DNA of 64,000 nucleotides. Source: a virus. How positions within the stretch are numbered: position 1 is the stretch's first letter; each line of letters opens with the position of its first letter. Made by a program: the position numbers and the translations under genes. Location: the IMG/VR virus record IMGVR_UViG_3300043449_002292, positions 1 through 64,000 of that record; one strand, written 5' to 3'. This document shows positions 46,701 to 54,180 of this stretch, piece by piece. The notes under the pieces are model-generated. The model searched no databases. It saw only the letters and a list, made by a program, of their open reading frames with translations, and was not told the origin of the DNA.

Positions 46701-47328
46701 AGTTGTCGTCCTCCTGTGCCTCCTTCAGCATCCGAAGATCGACACGCGGGAACTTGTAGAAACCCTCGGAGTATCCGCGGCTCACAAGACCGAAGAGTCG
46801 CTCGAGACCCTTGCTGTGTCGAGGTAGGACCACGAGATGGTGACGACGGTTGATCGGATTGAAGTGCTTTGTGGACTTCGTCTCGTCCTCATTCTCGATC
46901 GTGAGGGCCGAGTTATCGGTGTCGATGCCGATCGTCTCGTCATTCTCATCGGTTGTGGCAACAATGGGAGTCACCACATTCTCGGGCTTTACCTTCGCTT
47001 TCGCGTGGCTCTTGCGATCACGCTTGAGCTGCTGCCACTCATCGTACTCACCGCGCCAGGCATCGAGATCCGGGTGGATATACATCTCACAACCTGGGAT
47101 GAGCTTGAAGTCCTTCCCAGCCTTTCGCATCTTATCGACGTGCAGCCACGCATGACCGAACGAGTTCATGTGACCGTGGTTCGTCATCGACCAGCCGTCG
47201 AGGCCATTCTCCGCGCAGAAGTCGATGTGCTCCTGTGGAAGACCGAGTCCGTCGAACACGCTGAAGCCGTCATGGGAATGCAAGCCGAAGAACTTCTCCG
47301 GACGCTTCAATTCGCTTCCATCTGCCAT
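43705..47328 (-). CDS. dnaE: DNA polymerase III alpha subunit (family C)
   Basis: PHP H.H..FS.FDG, GRGSGAGSLV, PDIDTD, HAGG, KFDLLGL, GFN.SHA.AY, C-terminal OB fold. Confidence 0.97.
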   Translation of the reverse strand: MADGSELKRPEKFFGLHSHDGFSVFDGLGLPQEHIDFCAENGLDGWSMTNHGHMNSFGHAWLHVDKMRKAGKDFKLIPGCEMYIHPDLDAWRGEYDEWQQLKRDRKSHAKAKVKPENVVTPIVATTDENDETIGIDTDNSALTIENEDETKSTKHFNPINRRHHLVVLPRHSKGLERLFGLVSRGYSEGFYKFPRVDLRMLKEAQEDDNFIVSTACVGGPLAFEVFRELQEHSFDSLNSRLLDDPSMMERVINRIGNSFDGLAWAVGRKNVMLELQFNRLPAQHIVNRALIEFAQRQGMTDQLVVTCDSHYARPEHWREREIYKKLGWLNYAELSADSIPKSKDQLKCELYPKNASQVWDEFLTSRQTEAFYHGQEDLIRKAVERTWHLAHEEIGDVQPDRSVKLPSYVIPKGKTANEALVDAVKAGLAAKGLAGRQDYVERADYEIDVIKQKDFASYFLTMKEIISAAKEEMFIGPGRGSGAGSLVCYVLGITDVDPIKYGLLFERFLSPDREGLPDIDTDVENRDQLLAILRSKFGGENIVPISNYNTFKLKTLVRDISRLYDIPLEEVNASLKTVEKEVMDATRKVGDDKNLFVLTFEESYEHSPSFREFIDKYPQVSESIKVLFRQNKALGRHAGGVIISERIQERMPLIMAKGEQQTPWVEGMNYKHLEMLGWVKFDLLGLETLRMIRRTIELILERHHGLKDPKFKDVKAWFDKYMSNDVLDFDDQRVYENVYHEATTRTPGVFQLTSKGAQRLFQNAKPRSIIDIATLTSVFRPGPLAAKVDKLYLEAKANPRNIDYKHPLIKQVLEPTFGCIIFQEQLMQLCNVVAGFPKSECDKVRKNILKRQGGNPEESMKKAKAMKDSFVNGAVGNGIKESVASKLWDDILFFAGYGFNLSHALAYAIDSYYCAWLLTYYEAEWLCAYMESMIGNPDDRAQAISDVKKMGYDIGNVDINLSTNQWSVDAERKLLIPSFNTIKGVGETAIEEIVACRPYRSIEEMLWKEDGQWRPSKFNRRALEALIKAGGFESMGIVGKGKQFSSWKQMHHVLIENAEDIKKWAKKDPQRGVKRFRELLVETEGMPEWTRREMALMQIELSGKMDPVSLISPELRQKFKDKEVYSIDNWERLDIYWFVVVSSVEKKTKNGKPYLMLQVMGEAGNTEKMFMWDWDGKIGFEPYTLCVAEVDRSDFGLSTKGKKIKVM

Positions 47329-47344
47329 TTTATCTCCTGGGTCA

Positions 47345-47373
47345 ACTATATCAGGACCCAGGATGGTTTGCAC
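47345..47373 (-). promoter_or_regulatory. class I promoter GTGCAA-N17-TATAGT driving the dnaE/modification operon
   Basis: motif and spacing. Confidence 0.75.
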
Positions 47374-47387
47374 GAGTTACGAGTCGA

Positions 47388-47999
47388 CTAGAGATCGTCC
47401 TTTGGCGTGTCGTATCGATTCAGGACGACCATATTCTTGTAAAGATCCTCCCGAGCTTGCGCTCGTTGAGCGCGACCCAGTTGGATCCGCGCTTCCAGAT
47501 CTTTCTGATAATTTGGGTCATGCTTACGTGACAGTGCTGCGTGCCACTCGTCCGATGCGTCCCTCATGCGCTTCGAGTTCGCGGCGCGCTCTCGCTCGAG
47601 AGCCCGTTCCTCGGCGGCCTCTTTATTACGTTGTTTTTGCGCCTCAGCCTCTTTCTTCTTGGCGGAAGTTATCTTGGCTTGAGCCTCTGAATGATAATCC
47701 CTGATCGCTTTGGCCGCGGCGATTCTATATTCCTTTCTCTCCCTTGGGTTGCCGTTCCACTCACGTGGGAGATACTTCGCATCGTAGAGCCCTCTTTCAA
47801 ACTCGCCCAACCACTTTGCAGGATCCCAGCCTCTGTCCATCTTATCCCTCAGCTTCGGCCAAAGATCATTCTCTGTGGTAAAATGCTTCTCCGCCTTATC
47901 TTCACCCGACTTGAACCAATCGAAAAATCCTTCGTTCAGTCTGAGCTCGCGCGTGATCTCTTCACGAATAATCCGCTTGATTCTTGAATCATTTATCAT
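47388..47999 (-). CDS. protein with IKRIIREE tag
   Basis: INDSRIKRIIREE...LNE|GFFD; ATATTTA upstream. Confidence 0.75.
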   Translation of the reverse strand: MINDSRIKRIIREEITRELRLNEGFFDWFKSGEDKAEKHFTTENDLWPKLRDKMDRGWDPAKWLGEFERGLYDAKYLPREWNGNPRERKEYRIAAAKAIRDYHSEAQAKITSAKKKEAEAQKQRNKEAAEERALERERAANSKRMRDASDEWHAALSRKHDPNYQKDLEARIQLGRAQRAQAREDLYKNMVVLNRYDTPKDDL

Positions 48000-48036
48000 T
48001 GTGGGCTGACCTCACAAACGTTAAATATCATCTGAA

Positions 48037-48474
48037 TCACAAAACGAACGTCAGCAAGGTATTTATCTTTTTCATTCTTTCGCGATGATATTCTCTTCTT
48101 TCAGAAGTCCAACTTGATTTGGACCGCTCAGACATTTGCGTCTTTCTTTCTTCGTTACCTTCCCAGTGACCTTTCACGATGTAACTGATTTTCTTCTTAA
48201 CATCTTCTCTTCTTGTTGGGTTCTTATCTCCAAGAAGATACTTTTGTTTGTTCTCTTCGTCAGACCAAAACTTCTTCTTGATCTCTGACATTGTTTGAGA
48301 AACAGGTCTAGTCTCGATTCCATGATGTTTCATCCATCTGCAAATCGTAGATACGCCTGTGTTGTTTTCAAGAGCTATTTCTTTTTGTGTCTTCCCAAGA
48401 TCGCAATATTCACGATGAAGCCACTCTTTATCGACCCAAGGACCCGATTTTCTCATTGAAACTCCTACGCTCAT
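48037..48474 (-). CDS. HTH plus NUMOD-like DNA-binding protein, homing-endonuclease remnant
   Basis: DKEWL..EY....KT..EIA.....V.TI.RW; G.KNP....VKKKIS; visibly AT-rich. Confidence 0.6.
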   Translation of the reverse strand: MSVGVSMRKSGPWVDKEWLHREYCDLGKTQKEIALENNTGVSTICRWMKHHGIETRPVSQTMSEIKKKFWSDEENKQKYLLGDKNPTRREDVKKKISYIVKGHWEGNEERKTQMSERSKSSWTSERREYHRERMKKINTLLTFVL

Positions 48475-48490
48475 AACTATAGCGTGAGTC

Positions 48491-48583
48491 TCATCTTTCT
48501 AAGAAAAGCCTACCGTTGAGGTGATCCCCAGCGTCCTTGGCTGCCGCCCTGATGATCTCGATGTTTTCCTTCGATAGTGCCAT
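48491..48583 (-). pseudogene. 30-codon ORF, probable truncated gene
   Basis: GGAG SD + MALSKENIEIIRAAAKDAGDHLNGRL; stops where composition turns AT-rich. Confidence 0.35.
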
Positions 48584-48636
48584 GCAGATCTCCTATCGGG
48601 GATTATAAGGAGCGACCGCCCCTCTTTTTAACCGCC

Positions 48637-48951
48637 TCAGCCCTTGCCGGGACGCTGACCACGGTGTTTCAGCTTCGACCTGGACATCTTCTCAGCCCGA
48701 TCCGTTGGCACTCCAGATGCCCTCAAGCGTGCAAGACGAACCTTCGTGAAATCGTCATCGGTCTCGTAAACCGCTCCCACGTCGAGCCCAGAATCATCGG
48801 AGCCCTCCCCACCTGGAATCATGGGTCTGTCAATGTCGTAACCGCCCTTCTCCTCCAGACCGTCATCCTGGACAATCAGTTTTTTACCGCGTTCGACGGA
48901 GGCAAGCTCCTCACGAATGATCCTTCTGAGCCGCGATTCGGTGATGCGCAT
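48637..48951 (-). CDS. protein with LRRIIREE tag
   Basis: MRITESRLRRIIREEL. Confidence 0.75.
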   Translation of the reverse strand: MRITESRLRRIIREELASVERGKKLIVQDDGLEEKGGYDIDRPMIPGGEGSDDSGLDVGAVYETDDDFTKVRLARLRASGVPTDRAEKMSRSKLKHRGQRPGKG

Positions 48952-48969
48952 TCCCTCTCCTATCGCTAA

Positions 48970-49713
48970 CTATCTCATCCTGAGAGATCGTTCGGGGCGC
49001 TGACCAACTTTTCTCGTGGTACGGAAACGACGGGCCTCCGGCTCTGGGGGCAGAGAATATGAGTCAAGACCACCGATGAAGCCCGCGTCAACCCAGGCGA
49101 TGATGTCATCTACAAGGTTCGACGGCGTGCCCGACCACCCTGAGACACGTCCAACGTGGTCCAGTATCTCACGACGTTTGCCCTCACCCCACACCCACGC
49201 GGCGGTTCTTTTTATCTCCTGCATCCTCGTTTCAAGCTGCGTTGCAAGACGCTCCAACGACGTGACATGTTCTTCGATGGGAGCGTCCTCGACCTCAAGG
49301 TCAAGCTCAGCGGCGATCTCCATGAGACGACCGCCGTCTCCCTTCTGAAGTGCCTTGTGGGCGTCCCGGAACATCTTCGCCCTCTCAACCTGTTCACGTT
49401 CGCTGAGCTCTTCCCTGAGAAGGGCGTCAGGATGAGTTTTCGATGAGATCTTCCTGAAAAGCTTACGCTGCCATGTAGGCTGCTTGGGCGTCTCTTCCTG
49501 CTCCTCATCCGCTTTGGATATGGGATTTGACTCAGGCTGAGCCTGCTGTCTTTGAGGCATCAGGTCACCCGCTCGGGCTAGAAGCTCCATCACAGCGCGC
49601 TGAAGCTGCCATCCTCGACGATCGAATTCCTCCTCGAGATCATATAGTTCCTCTCGAAGGTAACCGATCTTCAGCGCAAGCTTTTTGAGCCGACGATCGC
49701 CAGATTGGCTCAC
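48970..49713 (-). CDS. J-domain-like protein
   Basis: KLFRKISSKTHPD...F..A..A. Confidence 0.7.
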   Translation of the reverse strand: MSQSGDRRLKKLALKIGYLREELYDLEEEFDRRGWQLQRAVMELLARAGDLMPQRQQAQPESNPISKADEEQEETPKQPTWQRKLFRKISSKTHPDALLREELSEREQVERAKMFRDAHKALQKGDGGRLMEIAAELDLEVEDAPIEEHVTSLERLATQLETRMQEIKRTAAWVWGEGKRREILDHVGRVSGWSGTPSNLVDDIIAWVDAGFIGGLDSYSLPPEPEARRFRTTRKVGQRPERSLRMR

Positions 49714-49967
49714 CTCTTATCCAGCTCTCGGATCCAAGCTAAAACTTTAGGATCGAGCAAAGAGGCTGGCCACGCCCAAAATCTCTTGATCTCCCGTGCA
49801 TGGTGTCGTGTGAGCGCGACACAATCATTCTTAGCGTCTTTCACCCGCGTCGAGTCATGTGCAACCTTGAGCTCAGATACCCTAAACAAGTGATAGGAAA
49901 CACTCAGAATCGCGCCCAGCGTGTATGTTACCGCAGTAGCAATGAGAATATCAGAACCTAGCATCAT
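49710..49967 (-). CDS. small membrane protein
   Basis: N-terminal TM; ATACTTA upstream. Confidence 0.6.
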   Translation of the reverse strand: MMLGSDILIATAVTYTLGAILSVSYHLFRVSELKVAHDSTRVKDAKNDCVALTRHHAREIKRFWAWPASLLDPKVLAWIRELDKR

Positions 49968-49979
49968 CTCACCTCGATG

Positions 49980-50489
49980 CTAAGTATTTCCACCCTCACG
50001 ATCTTGCTTCAAGCTTTTTGCGTTCCTCTTCGTTGCGACGGTCTCTGGTCGATCACCGACGGAGCGTCGACTCTCCGGATTTTCTGTATTCGCGAGAATT
50101 TCGATCCGCGCCAGCTCCTGAATCCTCAGGTTTCCCGTATCACGAACGGCCTCGAGCGCCCGACGCATCCCGTCCTGTGTAGCAGTGAGCCTGATCAGCT
50201 CGTGCTCAGAGCTACGCTGAGAAGATTGCAGTGAGGAGATGAGGGAGGTCAGAAATTCCTTTACTCGGGCTAGTTTTTGATCTGGTGGAGCATCATCGCT
50301 GCTGATCTCAGTGAGCAATTCGTTCATCAGATTGGACATCTCATTTATCACTGTCGATGTCGCGGCGTTGGAGATTCTGCGCTCCTCTATCGTTGCCTGA
50401 TTCATCTCTAGCTTGGAGATGAGCTCATTCGCAAGTTTAACAATTTCTTGCGAGACATTCGAAATTCTATCGAACTCTTCCTGCGTCAT
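49980..50489 (-). CDS. coiled-coil hypothetical protein
   Basis: ORF; R.VG.RPE motif shared with 48970-49713. Confidence 0.65.
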   Translation of the reverse strand: MTQEEFDRISNVSQEIVKLANELISKLEMNQATIEERRISNAATSTVINEMSNLMNELLTEISSDDAPPDQKLARVKEFLTSLISSLQSSQRSSEHELIRLTATQDGMRRALEAVRDTGNLRIQELARIEILANTENPESRRSVGDRPETVATKRNAKSLKQDREGGNT

Positions 50490-50520
50490 GATCAATTTTA
50501 TCGAGATGTGGAGCAGGTAA

Positions 50521-50556
50521 AAAGAAAAGGGGGTGGTCCCTTGCGAGACCACCCCC
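50521..50556 (-). terminator. rho-independent terminator
   Basis: GGGGGTGGTC...GACCACCCCC followed by a T-rich tail on the minus strand. Confidence 0.8.
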
Positions 50557-50582
50557 AGCTTGACCCTACGGGTCAGAAGCTA

Positions 50583-52715
50583 TTACAGCTTCTGGACGAC
50601 GAGCTGGTCACCAATCTCGACCGCGAAGGCGAACTTCACGCCAGCCTTGCCACCGTCGAACGAGTAGTCGGCGGAAGCAGGGGCCGCGAGCTCGGCCACG
50701 GAGCCGGAGCGGAGCAGCTGACCGTTGAAGAACACCATGGAGTTGTCCTTCGTGAGACCCGCGAAGGTCAGATCGCCCATGCCGGCGCCCGCGGTGACGT
50801 CGACAGCGGTCTCGGCTGCAACACCGGCCGCCGCGACGAAGAACGCCTTCTCGGCGCCGCCGCCCGCGGCGATCGCGTTGAACGCGCCGAGGATGGAGTC
50901 GACGGTCGGGTAGGACGTCGCGAAGGTCGCCCACTCACCGGAGTTCGCGAGCTTGAGGCCGGAGGTCGCGCTGTTGAGCAGCTGTGAACCACGGTAAGCA
51001 TCGTCGAACTTGATGAAGCCAGCAGCCACCGAGGAGCTCATGATGAAGTCACCGCTGCCGCCCTTCGTGACGCGCTGCTCGCCGCTGCGGTCGAGCGTTA
51101 GGCCATCGGCGCCGTTGAGGTTCGCCTTGACGCCCCACATCTCGGACCAGCGGTCGGTCGAGAGACCAACCTTGAACGCATTGGGGACGGAGGGCTTCAG
51201 CGAGCCGGAGATCGTCATCAGGTCGACGAAGTTGTAGGTGAGGCCCGCCTCATCCTTCATCGCGCCGGTGGCGTCGACGACGTAGAGGCGCTGCTGAGTG
51301 TCACCATCGATCTTGATCTGATTCGCGGTCACGCCGGCGTTGAAGTCAGCAACAGCACCGTTGACCGTCAGGCCGTTTCCGATGAGGGCCGCACCGCCGA
51401 TGTCGAGACCGGCCGAGCCGCTGATACCGCCCGCGACGGCGAGCTTCCCGCCGTCGAAGGTGAGGCTCGCCTCATCCTTGATCTCGTTCGACGGGCCGAC
51501 GATGTAGAGGCGCTGGGGCACGTCACCGTCGATCTTCATCTCAGGAGCGGAGACACTCACGGCAGAGCGGATCGCGCCTGAGCCGCTAATCGCCTGGTTG
51601 AACTCCCAGCCAGCCGAGGAGTTGTTCCAGATGATGGTCTTGTCGGTGGCTCCCCTGAGGGTGATACCGCCGCCAGCTGCAGTCACGTCCGTCGGGGTAG
51701 CGACAGAACCGAGCTCGACGTTCTTGTCATCGACCGTGAGGGTCGTTGAGTTCACCGTTGTGGTCGTTCCATTGACAGTGAGGTCACCCGCGACCGTGAG
51801 GTGCGAGGAGACGCTCATCGCGCCGGTGACGAAGAGCGTCGAACCGTCGAAGTTGAGGTTCGCCTCATCCTTCATCGATCCATCAGCATCGACGATGTAG
51901 AGGCGCTGGGCCACGTCGCTGTCGATCTTGATCGCGGAGGCGGAGAGCGTTCCGGCCACGTCAACGATGCCGGCGAAGTCAGCCTTGCCGGTCACGTCGA
52001 GAGTGCCACCAACGGTAGCAGCGCCGTCGACTGCAACCGAGGCGCCCTGGAGGGCTCCCGAGCCGCTGACAACGCCGACGACCGCGAGTTTGCTACCGTC
52101 GAAGGTGAGGCTCGAGGTGTCCGCGATCTCGTTGGATGCACCGACGAGGTAGAGGTTACCAGCCACGTCACCGTCGATCTTGATCTCGTTGGCGGTGATA
52201 CCGGCGTTGAAGTCAGCGACAGCGCCGGAGACGGTCATTCCGTTTCCGATCGTCGCTGCGCCGTCGACCGCGACGGAAGCGCCCTGGAGGGCGCCTGAGC
52301 CGCTGACGATTCCGACGACCGAGAGCTTGTCGCCGCTGGCGTCGTAAACGAGGCCTGCATCATTCGCGAGGTCGCCGGACACGGACGCGAAGACGAGGGA
52401 GCCTGCTCCTGCGGTGAGATTCTCAACGCGGGCGGCCGAACCGGTGATCGAGCCAACGACGTCGAGGTCCTTGAGGACTTCCATCTTGGCGGCGGGGGCC
52501 GAGGCGCTGATGTGCGCGGCGAGGTCGAGGAGCTGAACGTTTACGAATGAACCCTCCTGCTCCTTCCACTCAGCGCCGATGATGCTGCCGATCTGCTCGG
52601 TAAGAGCCTCGATATCGCCGGCGAGCGTCCCGAGCTCGAGCTCGGACTTGATCTGCTCGGCGCGGATCTTCGTCATGGATCCCGCGCGGGTATCCAGATC
52701 TGTTCTGTTAGCCAT
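50583..52715 (-). CDS. tail-fibre-like structural protein with internal repeats
   Basis: 4x KID.D...RLY.V.....KDEA.L.FDG; GDLTVNGTTTTVNSTTLTVDDK; C-terminal FNGQLL. Confidence 0.85.
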   Translation of the reverse strand: MANRTDLDTRAGSMTKIRAEQIKSELELGTLAGDIEALTEQIGSIIGAEWKEQEGSFVNVQLLDLAAHISASAPAAKMEVLKDLDVVGSITGSAARVENLTAGAGSLVFASVSGDLANDAGLVYDASGDKLSVVGIVSGSGALQGASVAVDGAATIGNGMTVSGAVADFNAGITANEIKIDGDVAGNLYLVGASNEIADTSSLTFDGSKLAVVGVVSGSGALQGASVAVDGAATVGGTLDVTGKADFAGIVDVAGTLSASAIKIDSDVAQRLYIVDADGSMKDEANLNFDGSTLFVTGAMSVSSHLTVAGDLTVNGTTTTVNSTTLTVDDKNVELGSVATPTDVTAAGGGITLRGATDKTIIWNNSSAGWEFNQAISGSGAIRSAVSVSAPEMKIDGDVPQRLYIVGPSNEIKDEASLTFDGGKLAVAGGISGSAGLDIGGAALIGNGLTVNGAVADFNAGVTANQIKIDGDTQQRLYVVDATGAMKDEAGLTYNFVDLMTISGSLKPSVPNAFKVGLSTDRWSEMWGVKANLNGADGLTLDRSGEQRVTKGGSGDFIMSSSVAAGFIKFDDAYRGSQLLNSATSGLKLANSGEWATFATSYPTVDSILGAFNAIAAGGGAEKAFFVAAAGVAAETAVDVTAGAGMGDLTFAGLTKDNSMVFFNGQLLRSGSVAELAAPASADYSFDGGKAGVKFAFAVEIGDQLVVQKL

Positions 52716-52946
52716 TTTTTCTTTCCTTTAGTTAGAGAAATACACAAACATGCGATCATTTCCACCACCATTGGGGAAGTTGATCACGATCTCTAATCAA
52801 ACGGAACAGGCGTCGGGATCGGTGCGCCATGCGCATGGGATCCTGCCTTCGAGATTAAATATTCCCGAAACGTAAATTAACGAAAATTAACGCAAAAAAA
52901 ATCGAAAAAAATTTAACGTTTCTCTAAACCAACGTGCTGATCACTA

Positions 52947-53168
52947 TCAAGCACCGTAGAGGGCCTTCTTGAGAGCCCGCACCTGGGCATCGTAAGCGCT
53001 GAACTCACCGTTCACGAACTCGAGGGCGAGCGCAGCGCAGCCACCATCGAGATCATCGAACTCGAACCTAAACTTCCCGCCTGCTCCCTTTCCCGCGCTG
53101 AGCAGTTTCCTGCCGCGCAGCTTTAGGAACGCTGCCATCGCGAGATCTGATGTCGTGTAGCTCTGCAT
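52947..53168 (-). CDS. DUF5659-like small protein
   Basis: Y.TSDLA.AAFL...G......F.F.F. Confidence 0.7.
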   Translation of the reverse strand: MQSYTTSDLAMAAFLKLRGRKLLSAGKGAGGKFRFEFDDLDGGCAALALEFVNGEFSAYDAQVRALKKALYGA

Positions 53169-53241
53169 GATTCTGCTCCGTCCTACCTTTACTGCTGCTA
53201 AATATTGGTTCCTAAACCTGCGAAAATGCTTATTTTGAAAA

Positions 53242-54180
53242 TTATGCGACGTAAGAATACGTTGCCCTGATGACGTCGGAGACCAGCAGGTTACGTGCGA
53301 AGGTGACGCTGCCACCGGACAGGGAGTAGTCATGATCCTGGCCCTGGGTGAGCAGCTGACCGTTCAGGAACAGCATGAGGGAGCTCGCAGGATCGGGGTC
53401 CTGTGGTAGTGTCAGACCCGTCACCTCGTTATTCACGACGGTGATGCTGGCTGGCTCAACAGCGAGAGCGAAGAGCTTCGTCGTTACCTGCCGCGAGTAC
53501 ATCGCCCTGAGAACGTCGGTCTGGACGGGCGCGACCTCGTTGATGAACGTGACAGTGTTGCCTGACAGGCTGAAGTCGGATCCGAGCGTCAGGAGCTGAC
53601 CGTTCAACCACAGCATGAGTGATCCAGCGTCGATCGACTGGTTCGGCAGGGTGAAGATCGTGTTGACACCATCGCGGATACCGACGGGCTCGGCGTTGAG
53701 GACGAGATCGGTCACCGTGCCGGAGCGGGCCTGACCGGACAGCGAGACCTGAACCTGGCCGTTCGACCCCGTCGAAACGAGGACACCCTCGCCGCCGATG
53801 AGGTAGGGTGTCGATCCGTCGGACAGGGTTGTTAACGACCCGCTCAGGCCGTTCGTGGCGACTACGGGACCCGTGAACGTCGCGCCTGACAGCTGCGCCA
53901 GTCCCGTAGGATCGAGATTGCCTCCGGAAGCGAATTCCACCAGATCGCCATCCGCCGTGCCATCACGAAACCAGTATTTCTTCGAGACCCCGCCGATGAT
54001 GAGACGAACCTCCATCGACTGGAAACGAACGCCAGCCGGGATCGCCTCGACGGCAGCCGCCTTCGCAGCGGATGCGGTCGCTCCGACATACGGGCCCGAC
54101 CATGCGTCAACCGGCGCCGGGTTGACAGGTTGCAGACCGTAGGGAAGCTGCAGGCCAGCGTATGGAACGAGAGCGCTCAT
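53242..54180 (-). CDS. virion fibre-associated protein
   Basis: two L.LNGQLL...DY..SG domains. Confidence 0.8.
   Translation of the reverse strand: MSALVPYAGLQLPYGLQPVNPAPVDAWSGPYVGATASAAKAAAVEAIPAGVRFQSMEVRLIIGGVSKKYWFRDGTADGDLVEFASGGNLDPTGLAQLSGATFTGPVVATNGLSGSLTTLSDGSTPYLIGGEGVLVSTGSNGQVQVSLSGQARSGTVTDLVLNAEPVGIRDGVNTIFTLPNQSIDAGSLMLWLNGQLLTLGSDFSLSGNTVTFINEVAPVQTDVLRAMYSRQVTTKLFALAVEPASITVVNNEVTGLTLPQDPDPASSLMLFLNGQLLTQGQDHDYSLSGGSVTFARNLLVSDVIRATYSYVA

Noticed and set aside
43705-47328. Inteins or introns in dnaE or the visible part of nrdJ
   Set aside because: Conserved motifs are contiguous, with no C...HN-C/S/T splice termini or LAGLIDADG blocks.
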